A DNA stretch of 64,000 bases from Oopsacas minuta (taxonomy: Eukaryota > Animalia > Porifera): NCBI GenBank assembly GCA_024704765.1, contig JAKMXF010000352.1, forward strand, positions 111,072 through 175,071, written 5' to 3'. The notes beneath the pieces were generated by a model, which was not told where the DNA came from, made no database searches, and worked only from the letters and a program-made list of their open reading frames with translations. Positions 25,917 to 40,134 of the stretch are shown in pieces. The position numbers and the translations under genes were made by a program. Positions within the stretch are counted from its first letter, which is position 1. Every line of letters starts with the position of its first letter.

Positions 25917-27164
25917 TCAGGACGTTCAATAAGTCTTGCGGGTCATGATATATCTTAGGAATTAGTCAAGTAATATATCTAACTTCATATATTATAAGCC
26001 CATATAGTTAAACTCCATATACTGAAAGTTTCAAGCGTATTCAATACAAATTATGAATTTTTGAGATAGTTACGTGTAGTTAATTTATACCACTGTTGAA
26101 TTTATGGCTTCAAAGGATGATAATTTCAACTTCAAATGGCGAGCTTACATAGAGTTTCGCACAATACTCAAGATCCAGCCCGTACAGATCTGGTGATGCT
26201 GATATCACAGATTTGCCTCGATCTGGAAGACCGGTATCTGTCACCATTTCAGAGAATATCGCACTCATTCAAAGTATGGTCATGGAAGACAAGTGCATTA
26301 CTGTCAATCAGTTAGAACAAAGTAAGGAGATTTCATCGGGAGCTATTCATACAATTCTGACGACTGAGCTTGGCTACCGATTGAGTTGTGGGAAATAGGT
26401 CCCGCATAAGCTCAGTGAGAATCAAAGGTTGGCACGACTGAATATTGCCAAGAGACTCTTGGAAACTTATGAAAACTGCGATTCTAGACGCCTAACAGAA
26501 ATTATTACTGGTGACGAGACGTGGGTGTACTATTCAACACCATATAGCAAGTATAAGAAGCGATCATGGGTGAGGGGCGACGAACAAGCGGCGAAAATTC
26601 CTAGGCCCGACTTCAGAAAACCTAAGATTATGTATACCATCTTCTTCAGTAGTTATGGAATTCTCTTGCAATTACCTTGTGAGAGTGGCAAGGGAGTTAC
26701 TGCTACTTTCTTTACAGAGCAAGTGCTTCCAAATTTGATAAAAATATAGAAAAGTACCGCCCGAAACCGGAACTCGAGGAATGAAGATTTTAATTGATAA
26801 CGCCAGTTCCTATACAGCTAAGCTTTCCAAAATTTCTTGGATGTAGAAGGGTTGAAATTACTTCCCCATCCACCATCCTCACCAGACCTAGCTCCGTGTG
26901 ATTTTTGGCTATCCCAAGCTTAAAATCTACCTTCAAGGCAAAGATTTTAACACATTACAAGCACTCGGAACGGGCCTGTACCAGTACTTCAAATCCATCC
27001 CCGAAGAAGAGTGCAGAAATGTGTTTTACAAGTGGGTGGAAAGGTTAAAACTTTGTGTATCTGCAGGCGGGGATTACTTTGAATAAATAATATAGTGAAT
27101 TAGCGTGTATAGTGTTTGTATCATATTCTATGATATCACCCGCAAGACTTATTGAACACCATAG
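25917..27164 (+). mobile_element. Mariner (DD34D) element, full length (1248 bp), inactivated
   Basis: TIRs sharing gttcaataagtcttgcgggt, TA flanks. 'PRSGRP', '*VPHKL', 'ITGDETWVYY', 'SPDLAPCD', 'CVSAGGDYFE'; several frameshifts. Confidence 0.95.
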
Positions 27165-27599
27165 TAGTTAGTATGGAATCTCAGAAATATTATAGGTGCT
27201 GCAAATCTATTATGGCCGAAGTACTACGTTTGTGACGAAAAGTTATATTCAAATTTCACCACTTCCTTTGAACCAATTCTCGCTTCAAAAATGAGATTAG
27301 AAATAGCATTTTTGGCATCGTAAAATCACACATTATCCAGGGAATATTCGGTTATGCACAGAATTCGCCTGTATAATGTATTTCCAAACAAATTATATAT
27401 GAAATCGGTCAAAGGCTGATTTTTCCCTAAAAAAGGCTAATTGGGACTAAATTTATTACTTTGGCTGGAAATTTTTAAATATTCATCCTGAATAATTCGA
27501 AATATATTGTATAGGATTTGTCTTAAAAACTGGGCTTATTGATAAATTTAATTTTGAAAAACACAGGAAAAAAATCCATGGGTTCTGCCAGTATTGTCC

Positions 27600-29191
27600 C
27601 AGTTTTCTCTTTACAATAGTAGATGATATCCAATTCTATATCATGTGTGCCCAAATATGCTCTATGCTCGATTTAGATACAGGGCATTGATAGATTCCAA
27701 TAAGGCCTGATGATCAATATAAGACTGCATATACACCGGGATCAGGTATGGGATTGTATAAGTTTGTTTACATGACTTTTGGAGTATGCAATGGTCCAAA
27801 TTCATTCCAACGTATAATGGAAACTGTGAGACGTTTGAAGAATTTGAAAGTGTTTGGGTCTAATCTTGTTACTGTCGCACATGATAATCTAAAGGTACAT
27901 TTTCTTCATAAGAGTCATGACATTTCATGTTCCTGGTACCGAGGATGGGAAAAGACCTTGGAACGAATTTGACGGATTGGTGACTGGGTAGGAATAGTAG
28001 TCGATATTCAAAACTATTGCAAATAATGTGGCCAGTGTATGTCAGCAAAGTAACCGTTCCCCAGAAAACCAAATTAGTCATTACACTAGTTTGTTATCCT
28101 TGGCAAAAGAATTGCTATTGGAGTACTGGAAGTTGTATTGAATGCTTATGGGAACAAATATCTCTTGGTGATAAAAAATCACCTTAGTAAATGTTTAGCG
28201 GCTTACCCTATGCTAGACCTGGTGCCAGAAAGAGTTGTCGACGAGTCGACTTTTCGCCAGATGGGAATCCCGCAATAATTATACAGCGACCAAAGGGGGA
28301 ATTTTTAAAGCTTGTTAGTCTCTAGTCACTGTGATCGCTTCGGAAGAAAATATTTACATCAAGCTATGATCCTCAAGCAGATAGCCTGGTAGAGGGCTCA
28401 AATCGTATTATTTTGGAAATGCTTTCTTGATACAATGATAGAGAGGAGGGTTGGGAAAGGTTCATGCCTTGAATATTGTATTTATATAATAGTTCTTCCC
28501 AGTCATCAACTAAGACTATGCCTTCTGCTCTAATCTTTGAAAGAAATTCGGGGCTTCTTTTGGGATCTCGACTCAAATTGGTTTTGGCCCTATATTTATA
28601 AGAATCAATGTTGAAACAGAAGCTTCTTTGGTTTAAAGAATAGTATATGGTAACATAAAGTTGCAAGTTAACAAGAAAAGAGTAGGGATGACCAGATTAC
28701 AACTAAAGAGATTCGTTTCGGGGTTGGTGATAACTTAAGGCTTATTATCCCAAGTTACCCAAAATTTCTATCCAAGGTAGGAAGGTAGATGGAAAGTCCT
28801 CAGAGTATTAGTCCAAGTTCATCTAAGAATAAGTCACTCATATGGAAAGGCACGAGTTGTGCATATAGTTGTTGGGTGATGGAGATCAAAATTTGTCAAG
28901 AATGAGAATGAACGACATGAAATATAATAAAGGGCCTGACTTAGAATCAGACTTTGAGGCCATACAAAATTACTCGATTAAACCCACCGAGGCGAAGTGG
29001 ACGTAATAGAAGAGTACAAAAACATTCCAGAGATTACGTGTTGTACTGATCATGATTTAAACGGAGAGAAGTGTAATAGATGATTAAAGGCTGGAAATAA
29101 TTTGCAAGACTATTACTGAAATGAACTGTCTGGCTTCATAGAGCATGTAGCATTTAACTAGGTTACTATTGAGTAAGTACTCTATTATACA
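27600..29191 (+). mobile_element. Ty3/Gypsy LTR retrotransposon relic (partial RT, integrase, putative PPT and 3' LTR)
   Basis: RT 'LDLDTGH**IPIRPDDQYKTAY..GLYKFVYMTFGVCNGPNSFQRIM'; integrase 'PWQRIAI..', 'GIPQ*LYSDQ', 'YDPQADSLVEGSNR'. Purine tract ggagagaag followed by tgtaatag...ctattataca (29072-29191). No 5' LTR seen. Confidence 0.85.
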
Positions 29192-30055
29192 AGATAACGT
29201 GACACAAACAAAATGAAATTTGCCTCTTGTTTGAGAAAAATAATTGAACTCCATAAGTCAAATCCTGGGATGGTTGTATAAAGATGGCTAAACGTCAATC
29301 GTGTTTGATAGAGATGACACATGGAAATCAGCAATCAAATTATGCATTGTTTAAAGTGAATTCAATGGTAATATTTAAATCTCTATATAGCCAGAGAATA
29401 AAGAAAAATTGAGTATCAATTTCCACAACTTTGCACTATAGCAAATGCATTTTCCTCTGGATCTATAAGGCTTTGATGTATAGAAAGCATTTTCGACTCA
29501 AGTAAAGTTAATAATTTTGATTTTATTGGTGATTAAATTATCACAATAACTAATAGGTTTCCAGACTTAAGAATTTATAAAAATAATGAACAAAAAGTAC
29601 CATAGATGCTATTATTTGCAGTATTATACATAGTCTAATAATTCACTATAAGGAATTTCTATTATAGTCAGGTAGAATTAGAGTTTAATCAGGAATTAAC
29701 TGCAATAAAAGCGAATGTTAATTATTCTTAGAACATAATTATTGTAGTTTCACAGTAACATAGTTCCAGGCCCAAATGCACCTGCAAATTCAATATTTGG
29801 ACACTCAGACTTTTGGATAGATTGAAGATACTATAATGCTTAAAACTCAGAATTTTTATGTTAGTAAGTTCAATCAGAGAAAGATTCTCCATCGTAAGAG
29901 TGGTCCCTCGAAAATAGTTGGGAACTATTTTAACTACCAACGCAAAAATGTGGTGACATTCAACTATCAAAGTTTATCTCAACACATCGACTGAGACCTC
30001 ATACGAAGAAGGTAGACAAACTGAGTTTAGTTTGACATATAACCACACTCTAATG

Positions 30056-30624
30056 CAGTGGTACTCAAACTGGGGTCCGCGGGACTGTTATGGAAAGTGA
30101 TTTACACAAATTTTATTCTTGAAAGTTTAGTTATTCCATACAACTTCTACGATAATTTCGGAATTATTTTCACTTTCCTCGAATAGTAACGAATTACACG
30201 TATTCGACTTCCTAGAATGCTATTTAGAATATATCACCCTGCAAAACATATAACATAGAGCGTTAAATGCAAACAATCATCCTGTGTTAAGAATAGCATG
30301 AGCTCCAATTGATTTTGGTTAAATAAATTGTACCTTTGCAAATATATATTAATATTTATTTAATAATTTGGTATTGTTGAAAAAGAAATTTGTGACTAAA
30401 CGAAAGCCAGGAAAATTGGATACTAACCTAAGCAAGAGTAATAGACTCTCTAGAGATTGTCAAGACATTTCGGGATCTGATGAAGATAGGTTAATTGATA
30501 ACACTGATATAATAGAATAATAATAGCAAATTATATTCACTAAAATGAGACCAAAAGCAGGGGCACGTGGAATTGTGACCATGGAATTTTGGGGCAGGGA
30601 CATAAAAAAGTTTGAGAAGCACTG
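30056..30624. mobile_element. hAT (Charlie-like) MITE
   Basis: TIRs cagtggtactcaaact / rc cagtgcttctcaaact; perfect 8-bp TSD ctctaatg (30048-30055, 30625-30632). Confidence 0.92.
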
Positions 30625-32132
30625 CTCTAATGAATATTTAGAGCATGATTCTGCGGATCATCCGCCACAGCATGATATTTTGTTTTTTTCACATATTTAA
30701 TACAGATGGTAATGTCATCGTTTGTATTTGTGTGTAATATATACTTTCATCCAAAATATGTAGTTAAGATGTAATACGGTATTAAACCAAGTGGTATATG
30801 TTCAGGTCATAAACTCCCCTCGGATGATTGATTATCCAATGTCGACTCTACTTCATTCGAATGGGGCATAATTCTGTAAACCATGAATGTATAGTTACCA
30901 GATAATATAAATTAATAAACACTTAAGAACAAAATATACAACATGATGAAATATCGTGATTTACATCTCAACCACATGCCACCAATTAGTTTCTCAGAAG
31001 AACAAACGAAGACGTCGTGTACCTGCAAGAAAGATACCAAAACTAAAACATAAATATGAGGCTGCGAAAGACTATCCCATAAAGTCATGTTTATGACAAT
31101 TTATAGGGGTAAACTTGTGTAAAACTATAAATTCAGGGTCACTGAATAGAGTTATGAGAAGTTTGAGAATGTATTGTTGCCACATTTTTGGCATTCCTGG
31201 GTTTGCTGGGGAATGATAAATACATTAGGGTAACCACTTGAGCGATGGAAAATCTTTCACTGAGTATGAATATAGACATAAAAATTCGTTTCGATGTAAA
31301 ATGAATGATTAGGTATAAAAAGTGCAATACCTTAAAATCGTATCAAAGAGTGAGATAAGGCAGTGAAAGGAAAGCTTACTATATGAGGCCAAACATGCAC
31401 ATATGGAATGATCTAATAATTGTATATATATATATTAGAAAAGTAAATTCCTATGCATTCATTATGTGCTCCTACTCAATATATTTAATAGTATTATAAT
31501 ATAATTTTGATGAGATCAGAGGGGGAGGCGGGATATCATATAAAAATTGGCCAAGTTACAACCAGGTAGTAGTAAGTGCGAAAATGTTCTTTATAAACTT
31601 CCACATATTTTGGTAGTTAATGGATTAGGTAAAACACCATATTATTTATCAAATGGGTTCTACATTTGTTTTTAAGTGTAAATGCAAAGCAATAACCTTT
31701 TTGATCACATCCAACCCACCTCTACCCTGGGGGCTGTTTTCACCGAGATATTCGAATAAATGGCTTAACATAGATTTGGGGAGCGCCCGCTCCCTTCGTA
31801 TTTTTTGGCAAGCACTGGTACTAAAATTAGAAGAAGACAAAATATATCAATAGCAGAAAAATAGTTTGATAAACATGCTTCTGAAATATAATAATATTTT
31901 TGAAAACAAAATTATCTGTTTACTAATTGTGAAAAGTATATTTATGATTGTTACTTTGACAATTTGTGTATGTTAATGACTATTTCCATATTGCAATTTA
32001 GTCAGATAGTGCTGGTGAGAATCCTGAATATAATTATCAAAATTTCAGAAATACGATCATAGTAATACAGTTAGTTGTTACCTACATTTTGCATAATTCT
32101 GCAAAATTGTAAAAGTGATTAGCAATCTACGC

Positions 32133-32700
32133 CAGAGCTGCAAATGGGTCACATGAAGTGACCCATGGCCCATGACCCATTTATTATTTTCTGACCCATT
32201 CTGACCCATTATGTATTTCATTATTAGGCGCCAGTATAATGTAAGTATTTAGTCTAACACAATAATTAAATCAAGTTGATTTTATATCCTTCCAACACAA
32301 CAGAGATAGCTTCGATAGTTTCTGGCAACATTGCATTCCGTTGAGATGTTACGATATGCCGAGCATTAAAGGCACTAAAGTGTCTCTCGCTTTCGGGTGA
32401 GGATGCCTGAATTACCAATAGTCTCATGGCAATTATTGATAATAATGAAAACCTAAGTTTATTCTGCTTCCACCAATCAAGGAGATCAAAACTCTCACTT
32501 GTAGTATTCCAAACGTTTAGTATAATCACCACTTCTATTAACTCTCTCTAGAAGGTTTTCTAATTGACAAATAACTCTTTTAAGCCTACATTGTATATAA
32601 ATAGAATTTTGATGGGTCATGACCCATTAACGCATGACCCATGACCCACTGACCCATCTGACCCATTGACCCATGGGTCAGTGACCCATTTGCAGCTCTG
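32133..32700 (-). mobile_element. Internally deleted hAT element retaining the dimerisation domain
   Basis: Perfect 20-bp TIR cagagctgcaaatgggtcac, perfect TSD atctacgc, many tgacccat subterminal repeats. ORF 32266-32532 'LLDWWKQNKLRFSLLSIIAMRLLVIQASSPESERHFS'. Confidence 0.95.
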
Positions 32701-33179
32701 ATCTACGCACATCAGAATTTGGTGATACAAATATTTCTAATGAAAAAGAATTAAGAGTAATTATTCATTAAATGTTAAGTAGATGTTTATGTACAAAATC
32801 GAAAATTTGAGTGGTATTAGAAAACTAGACTCATAGACACATAGGGATGTTTCAAATAGAAATTTCGACAAAAAATGGCCATTTTAACCTACAAAGTTAT
32901 TAATTATTGAAAAACTTGCGTCAGACCATAAATTTAATCGGTAATATCATATCTTAAATTCATTCAATTTTGTGTTAAAGGAGTTCAATTTAGCAAGGAA
33001 AATCGATAAAGTAGATAAGAAACATTAGGAATGTCTCAAATAACCGTTACGGCATTAAGAAATATAGCGTAAACAGGTTCATGTGGGAGTAAAATAAATT
33101 TTGGTCCAAAGAGAATTTGTTATATATAAACTATACATATATTACGTTCGATATGAGCATCCGATCTACAAATATCATC

Positions 33180-33778
33180 AATTTATAGTAAAACAATAGC
33201 CAATCGTGAAAGTCATATATAAAATCCTGAAACAAACGATAAAACTCCAGGAAATCAGGTATTTCAAATCTTAGTATGCTACATGCAAATCAGGAATATT
33301 ATAATAATATTTGCAAAGAGAAATATTCACATACATGAATAATGGAATAGAACAAATACTTGCAAGAATGAATATACCAAATGAGAATATCAGTATATTC
33401 TTGGGATCAAAAGGTTGGTGCTTGCACGATATTGCATATACCTAGAACAGTAATTAAACATAAAATATTATAAGCAGAATAACAGCAAAATACATAAGTC
33501 AACCAATTTTCGTCAATGCATCCATAAAAAATTCGAATCACTAATATAAGGAATTGGATAAGAGTTTTGCTAGTAAATAAAATATAGCCAGAATATTTGG
33601 TAGCCCACAGAGTGAGGATCCGAACTTCCTCATACATATTAATCATACATATCCAAAGAGCAGCCGTAAAACAGTGTGGCAAAATGGCATTGATAGAGAA
33701 ATAGGCACATTCATGAAAAATAATTAAGATAAGCAACATAATGTAACTTTCACATGTAGTAAAAGTACATGGTAGATT
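33180..33778 (-). pseudogene. Possible decayed multi-pass (7TM-like) membrane protein
   Basis: Stop-free 33778-33407 with ~4 hydrophobic segments; a shifted frame continues 'QPFDPKNILIFSFGIFILASICSIPLFMYVNISLCKY..' with one stop. AT-rich DNA can mimic this. Confidence 0.3.
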
Positions 33779-33871
33779 TCAAAATGATTACTTTTTGAAT
33801 AGCATATTTGTAGAAGTAACTATAACGTATTCACAGGTACTTGTTAGTCATAAATATCTAAGGGTCAATAA

Positions 33872-36116
33872 CCCAGGCCTACAAAAAAATGTTATCATGC
33901 AGTTGTTTATATTTTGATCACTGATTTAGACTAATTTTAGGTGCGCTGATTCTGAATATCTATTCAGTTTTTTCTTATTACGTCAGGTTTCTTCACAACC
34001 ATATAGCTACATTTTCAGAAAATTTCGATTTTGCCAAAAATTCATCATGATTACATATTACAACACTAAAATTTGTACATAGTGTATATATTCAAATAGT
34101 CTTATTTGCTTATTGGTTTTAACTAGTCTGTTATTCTTTTTTGTTGATATGTCGAAAAGAAAGTGTTTCAATTCTCCAGACATTATTTGTTATATTTGTG
34201 GTTTCTATATTCCGAAACCTCAGATGCAGAATATTACTTAATTTGTGAATAGAGCTCACCATGCGTATTTCAAAGTTAAGCTGGGCGACCAGGACAAAAG
34301 TTTGGCACCTCATAAGGTCTGCAAATCTTGTGTAGAATTTTTGAGGTCTTGGAGTAAATGTAAAGGGAAACACCTCCCTTTCGGAATTCCTATGATTTAG
34401 AGAGAATCAAAAAATCTTTCGATGATTGTTATTTCTGCATGGTAAATGTTAAGGGTTGCAAAAAGACTGCCATACACCTGCTGAATTAGCCAAATTTGGA
34501 ATCTGCTATTCGACCAGTCCCTCATTGTAGTGATCTACCTGTACCAATATTCACAGAGTATCTCGGACTCTATGATGATGAAGATGGTGCCAATTCAGAA
34601 GAAGTCAATAATCATGAATGTGAATATGATGTTGATTTTCAAGGTCCTTCCTCGGAGCCTTCTCTCTTTAACCAAGCGGAATTAAATGATTTAATTCGTG
34701 ACCTTGACCTCTGGAAAGAATCTTCTGAGTTGCTTGCATCTAGATTGAAAGAAAAGAGTCTTCTCCATCAAGGAACAAAGGTAACATTATATCGTTACAG
34801 GGAGCAAGAGTTTCAACAGTATTTCTGCGAAAAGAATGGTTTGGTGTTTTGTCCAAATGTTGAGGGACTTCTATCGGCAATGGGAGTTCCGCATTACAAC
34901 CCAAGTGACTGGAGGCTGTTTATTGACAGCTCCAAAAGGAGTCTGAAATGTGTATTACTCCATAATGGAAATATATTCGGTTCAATTCCTATAGGATATT
35001 CAGTTAAACTCAAAGAGGAGTACAATAATGTAAAAGAGATATTAGAGATTATTAACTACTCTGCACATGATTGGGTCATCTGTGTTGATCTCAAAATGGT
35101 CAACTTTCTATTAGGGCAACAATCTGGGTTCACTAAGTACCCCTGTTTTCTTTGTTATTGGGACAGTAGAGATAGGAACCAGTATTGGATAAGGAAAAAG
35201 TGGCCTCTGAGAGAATTTTTGAAAGTTGGGGACAAAAATGTAATTTACAACCCTCTGGTACATAAATATAAAATAATTCTACCCCCTCTCCACATTAAGC
35301 CTGGTTTAATGAAGCAATTCATCAAAGCACTGGATAAAGACAGATATTGTTTCAAGTATATCCGAAATGACTTTCCAGAAATCAGTGAAGAGAAGAATAA
35401 GGCAGGGATATTTGAAGGTCCACAGATTCGTAAGTACTTAGGGACAACAGCTTCAAAGATTCAATGAACGAGGAAGAGAAGAGAGCGTGGCAGGCTTTCT
35501 CTAATGTAGTTTCTAATTTCCTTGGTAATAAAAAGGTATCCAACTACAAAGAACTAGTCACAGATTAGTCGACAGCTATCATGCTCTTGGCTGTAATATG
35601 AGTATTAAAATTCATTATTTTAGAGACCATCTTGATAGATTTCCGGATAATCTAGGTGATATGAGTGAAGAACAAGGTGAACGATTCCATCAGGACCAGA
35701 AAAGCGATGGAACAGCGATATCAAGGAAGATGGGACACACATATGATGGCAAATTACTGTTGGTGCCTAAAAAGAGATTGTCCAAACGAACAATATTCAA
35801 AAAAAGTCAAACAAGAGAAAATTTTTAGATTGAATAGCGCTCATATTACATGTTTATAGTATCACTTTCTTCCATTAATATTAGTAACAATTATATCATT
35901 ATTCTTAGTGAATGAAATATTGATATTTTCAGAAATTTAATTGATCCAATCTAACATATAAGGGTTGAAACCAATTTTGTTCTATAAATGTAGTAATAGG
36001 ATTGTGAGATAACTTGACGTATTAGGGAGAAACTGACTAAATAATCGGAATCAGCGACACAGAATTAGTATATATCAGTTGACAAAATCAATACAACTAA
36101 AAAGTGTAGGCCTGTG
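33872..36116 (+). mobile_element. Chapaev3 (CMC) DNA transposon, near full length, transposase pseudogene ~34149-35859
   Basis: TAA TSD both sides; termini cccaggcctaca / rc cacaggcctaca with >100 bp imperfect TIR. 'CFNSPDIICYICG', 'KLGDQDK..APHKVC', 'FIDSSKRSLKCVLLHNG', 'DLKMVNFLLGQQSGFTKYPCFLC', 'PPLHIK', 'MSEEQGERFHQD'. Confidence 0.9.
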
Positions 36117-36129
36117 TAATAAATCACAA

Positions 36130-36211
36130 ATATATATATATATCTAAATAGATATCAGACCTATAAATTGATGAAACCTATATATTTATATATATATATA
36201 TATATATATAT
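36130..36211. repeat. (TA)n-rich microsatellite tract
   Basis: Interrupted TA dinucleotide runs seen directly. Confidence 0.9.
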
Positions 36212-37385
36212 TTCTGACTATTTAGACAATGGAGAATCATAAAGAATATTGAAATTCGTATCCGAAATTTTGCCTACTATTGCATATTGCCACACTGTGC
36301 GAGCTACACAGGAATTAATCGATACCTAAGAGGCAATAACAAGTATATTTGAGCTACAGAATTTTGGAAACCAAGATATGTAAGCTTATGACCATGGATA
36401 TGTACCTATTATGGAGGATTCGAACAATAGGCGTAACAAAAACCATCCTGGGGTTACAGACCCCCAGGAAATATAAGAGAATTGAAAAGGAGTACGCCTA
36501 TGCTCACAAGTAAAATTTCAAAAAACAATAAATTTCGAATTCATTTTTAATAACAAAAATCATCTAAAAGCATGCATCTGTGACTTCAAAAATATGCACA
36601 CTACTTTTTCCTCATGTTTACAGTTTTCAACTTCAACACCTGACGTTTGATACTTCGGACATCAATGGAAGCGAACAAGTATGAGGCTATCCAACTGAAA
36701 TATAGAGTAATCGCTACAAAAAGAAGAGTTTTGTAAGGGGGTGCAATGGGTAAACCTTAACATAACAAAATAGTCAAGCAACTCCTTACTTTCAAATAGA
36801 ATTCATTGTGATAAATATTTTGGCACTCTATATACCACAGAACTAGTAACCATCATCAAATTTCATAGTACTATGTCAATCATGCAGAAATAAAACTGGG
36901 AAGAGACTAGATACAATTGGAAGAAGGATGTATGCAATGTATTCTTTGTTCAAAATTAATCAATTAGAGGAATTCGACAGAAAAAGAGTCTTATGGTACT
37001 GAGAAGTGGTGTATAGGAGGTTTTTAGGAATACAAAAACTGAGCTACAAAGTGAGGCATTCAAACAGTGATAATAGACTAGCTCTCCAGGAAGCAAGGAG
37101 AATGAGCACACAGTAACCACATAGATATTTACGTCATTTCCTGGTCAAGATAAAGTTATACAGAGAACGTCAGTTATCCCAGCGCGTGTATTCTCTACCC
37201 ATTAGTACTTCAATCTTTCTCTAACCAGATAACCACTAAATATAGGATTTTATAGCAGGCGGTATTGTCTGGATATGATAATAAACCTGAGATAAACTAT
37301 TTGACCATATACATGAACATTATCCAGACCAAATCATAGACAACGACATAACACAGATAAGAAAGTATCAGAGCAACGAATAAAG

Positions 37386-38366
37386 AAATTTGTTTTAAAA
37401 GAGGCACTATTCATTGGTGGCACTGTGAAAGGTTAGGTCTAATACCAATATACATAGTGCATTCAATTAATAGTGCCACTTTATAAACAAATACAAATCA
37501 ATAGGCTAAGCTGTTGCCACAGGTTGCACTTTTGTATTCTTCCTAGGTCCGTGCGGATTTCAAATCCATCAAACAATATATTTAATATTTACTATGATTA
37601 TCCAGTCCATATAATGTCCAATTTTTTTGCAATAATTATCAGTTGACTAAATAATATTAATAGAAGGAAATAGTGGAGGAGATTTCATTGGTACAAATTC
37701 AAGAGCGTCAAATTCGGAATCAGAGTATTCAATTATCCCCTTTGGCTGTTTAGAACAATCTTCTACGAGTATTCATAGGGTATATAATCGAGCAAATCCA
37801 TGTCTTTTAAATTATCCATAGTTAATATGAAAATATCATATTCATAAATATAATATAAATAATTAAAGCTACCGATAAATTGAGATATTCACTGAATGCC
37901 TATTATATACAGCACTAGAAGTACCATTGTTTAACAATAAATATTAACATCTAAGAACAATAGAATCATTAAAGATGACATAGTACCATATAATGAATAT
38001 TATCATTTATTTCAGCATAAAAACTATACCCAATATAATAATTCTAGAAGAGTACGAATGTGTAGAATTTGTTTCGCTTTGGAAAAGTGTGGAAATTTGG
38101 CGCCTTTCCTGTAATAATTTTTTGCTAGAGGCCAGACAAAAGTTTGGCAGTGTGAAATAGTGGCACTTGGTGTCCGATTCATTAGCAAAGTGGAGGAGCA
38201 CACCCGAAGAATATCTTCAATAGTTCTCACACCATATCCACCTTAATTCTATCCAGTTTTGGTTGCAGGGCTTTAACGGAGAAAAACAAATAAGAATAAA
38301 AAAATAACATAGGCACCCATTTCAATACTGGGCCACTATGCTAAAGTATACTTGGCACAGTCAAAA
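37386..38366 (+). repeat. Copy 1 of ~1 kb direct repeat (unclassified)
   Basis: Aligns with 54735-55708; identical ORF fragments appear in both copies on the ORF track. Confidence 0.95.
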
Positions 38367-40134
38367 GAAAAGCCTCTCTTTATACAAATGGCCTATCTTT
38401 ATATTCGTTGCCCGGCTATTTTTCTATCTGAATGATATAGTAGTCTATGACCAAATCTATAGTAATAACTTCATTATTCATTATCTAGCCATACCTGGCA
38501 TATCAAATGACAGAATATCAGTTATCCGACCCCTTTCGGTCCCTTCATGTTCGGTGACCGATGTTCTACAGTATTGCAATTCAGAATAATTTCTAATGAT
38601 ATGACCAAAAATGAATAATTTAAATAGGGCCATGATAGAAATATTATTATAAATTGTGCTCATAACCCATCCGAATTAAGGAAACTCTGATTCAATAACA
38701 AAATTCCATGCACCTACATGTTGTGTCAGTGTCTATTTCCGCGTTCTGGAGTTGTTGTCCAAGTCCTCAGATGGATTAGCTCAATTTGTAGGAACAATTA
38801 TTGACATAAGATTTAATTTTATGGTTTCAATTTGATTGACCTCAAACTCAATCACCATATTGCCCCATCATATCTTCTCCTCCATGGTAATAATGGAAAT
38901 TGAGACTGTTATGAGTCAGCTATTACGAAAGTACAGACATTTTCAAAACATTTCCGTGCATTTAGACATAAAAGTGAGAGAAAATTCCAACTAAACCAAT
39001 AGTTATGCTAGATCAAATTAGGCACATACGAACATAAACGCGTAAGGTGAGTAGCAGGTCAATGAAAATAGATAACTGCGTTGTAGTATAGAAAATCATA
39101 CTTTTCGGAGTCCAATTGTCATATTGATGTACCGAAATATCTATGGAATTATGTTATGCCGTTTCTATAGCAATCCATAAATAGTAATATTAAAAAATAT
39201 ATCAAATTAAGTTAGCTTTATATATGAACATATACGCATGGTCAAATCAAAATATTGATACACAAGGATATAAATCGTTTCGACACATAATATAAAAGTT
39301 TGCCATGGTAAAGGTACCACGTGCCTGAGTACCAGTAGACACTATGGATAACATGGATTTCTCAATATCCACATATAGTTCGAATTTCATCAAAAATCCA
39401 TAGATTGGCATAGGAAATTTATAGTATGTACCAAAGTACTCATACCCAAATATTTTGATATGATATCTCTGAAGAATACTACTAAATCTTAAAAATGACA
39501 ATATATGGACATATTTAGGAGCCCGCTAAATTGGTTAAATATATCAGAAATGTATTGCAAGGCCATGAGGAGTTAGGTACATACTGTATATTGGCCATAC
39601 CGATTCATCAATAATTTCAACGATATTCTAGGTATAAATGAATAATGAAAAAATATGTCTTCCATAGTCTACAGTAACTCAGATACGAGGTAATATATCC
39701 ATAAAAATATACTTATTATGTGTGGAAACGATTTATATCATTCCGTAAATCAACATTTTGATAAATAATCAATATTAATTGCTATACAAAACATCAATGA
39801 TAGAAAGTTATACATTATACTAAATTAATGGTAAACTAGCAATGAAATTGACACATTTCGAGATGAATTTGACATTCCCGGACTAAGGACATGTATTTCT
39901 ACAATTGTATGGTAATCTCACCCTGTGTGAAGTCAAATTAATAGATTCAATAAGTCTAAAGACGACTGGTTTCGATATTATATAAATATCAAAATATATG
40001 TAAAGGTGCGAAAACCGCATAATTTATACCATATAAATGTTTTCGGTAAACGAATATTACCGTTGGACTCCCAAATATTTATACAAATACGACACCAATA
40101 CATTTCCTAGTTCTAGCAGTAGAGGATTACGGTA

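Noticed and set aside
26390-34400. Recurrent TGG->TAG/TGA and CAG->TAG stops as a sign of targeted hypermutation
   Set aside because: These are the expected single-transition routes to stop codons; no context bias can be shown without copy alignments.
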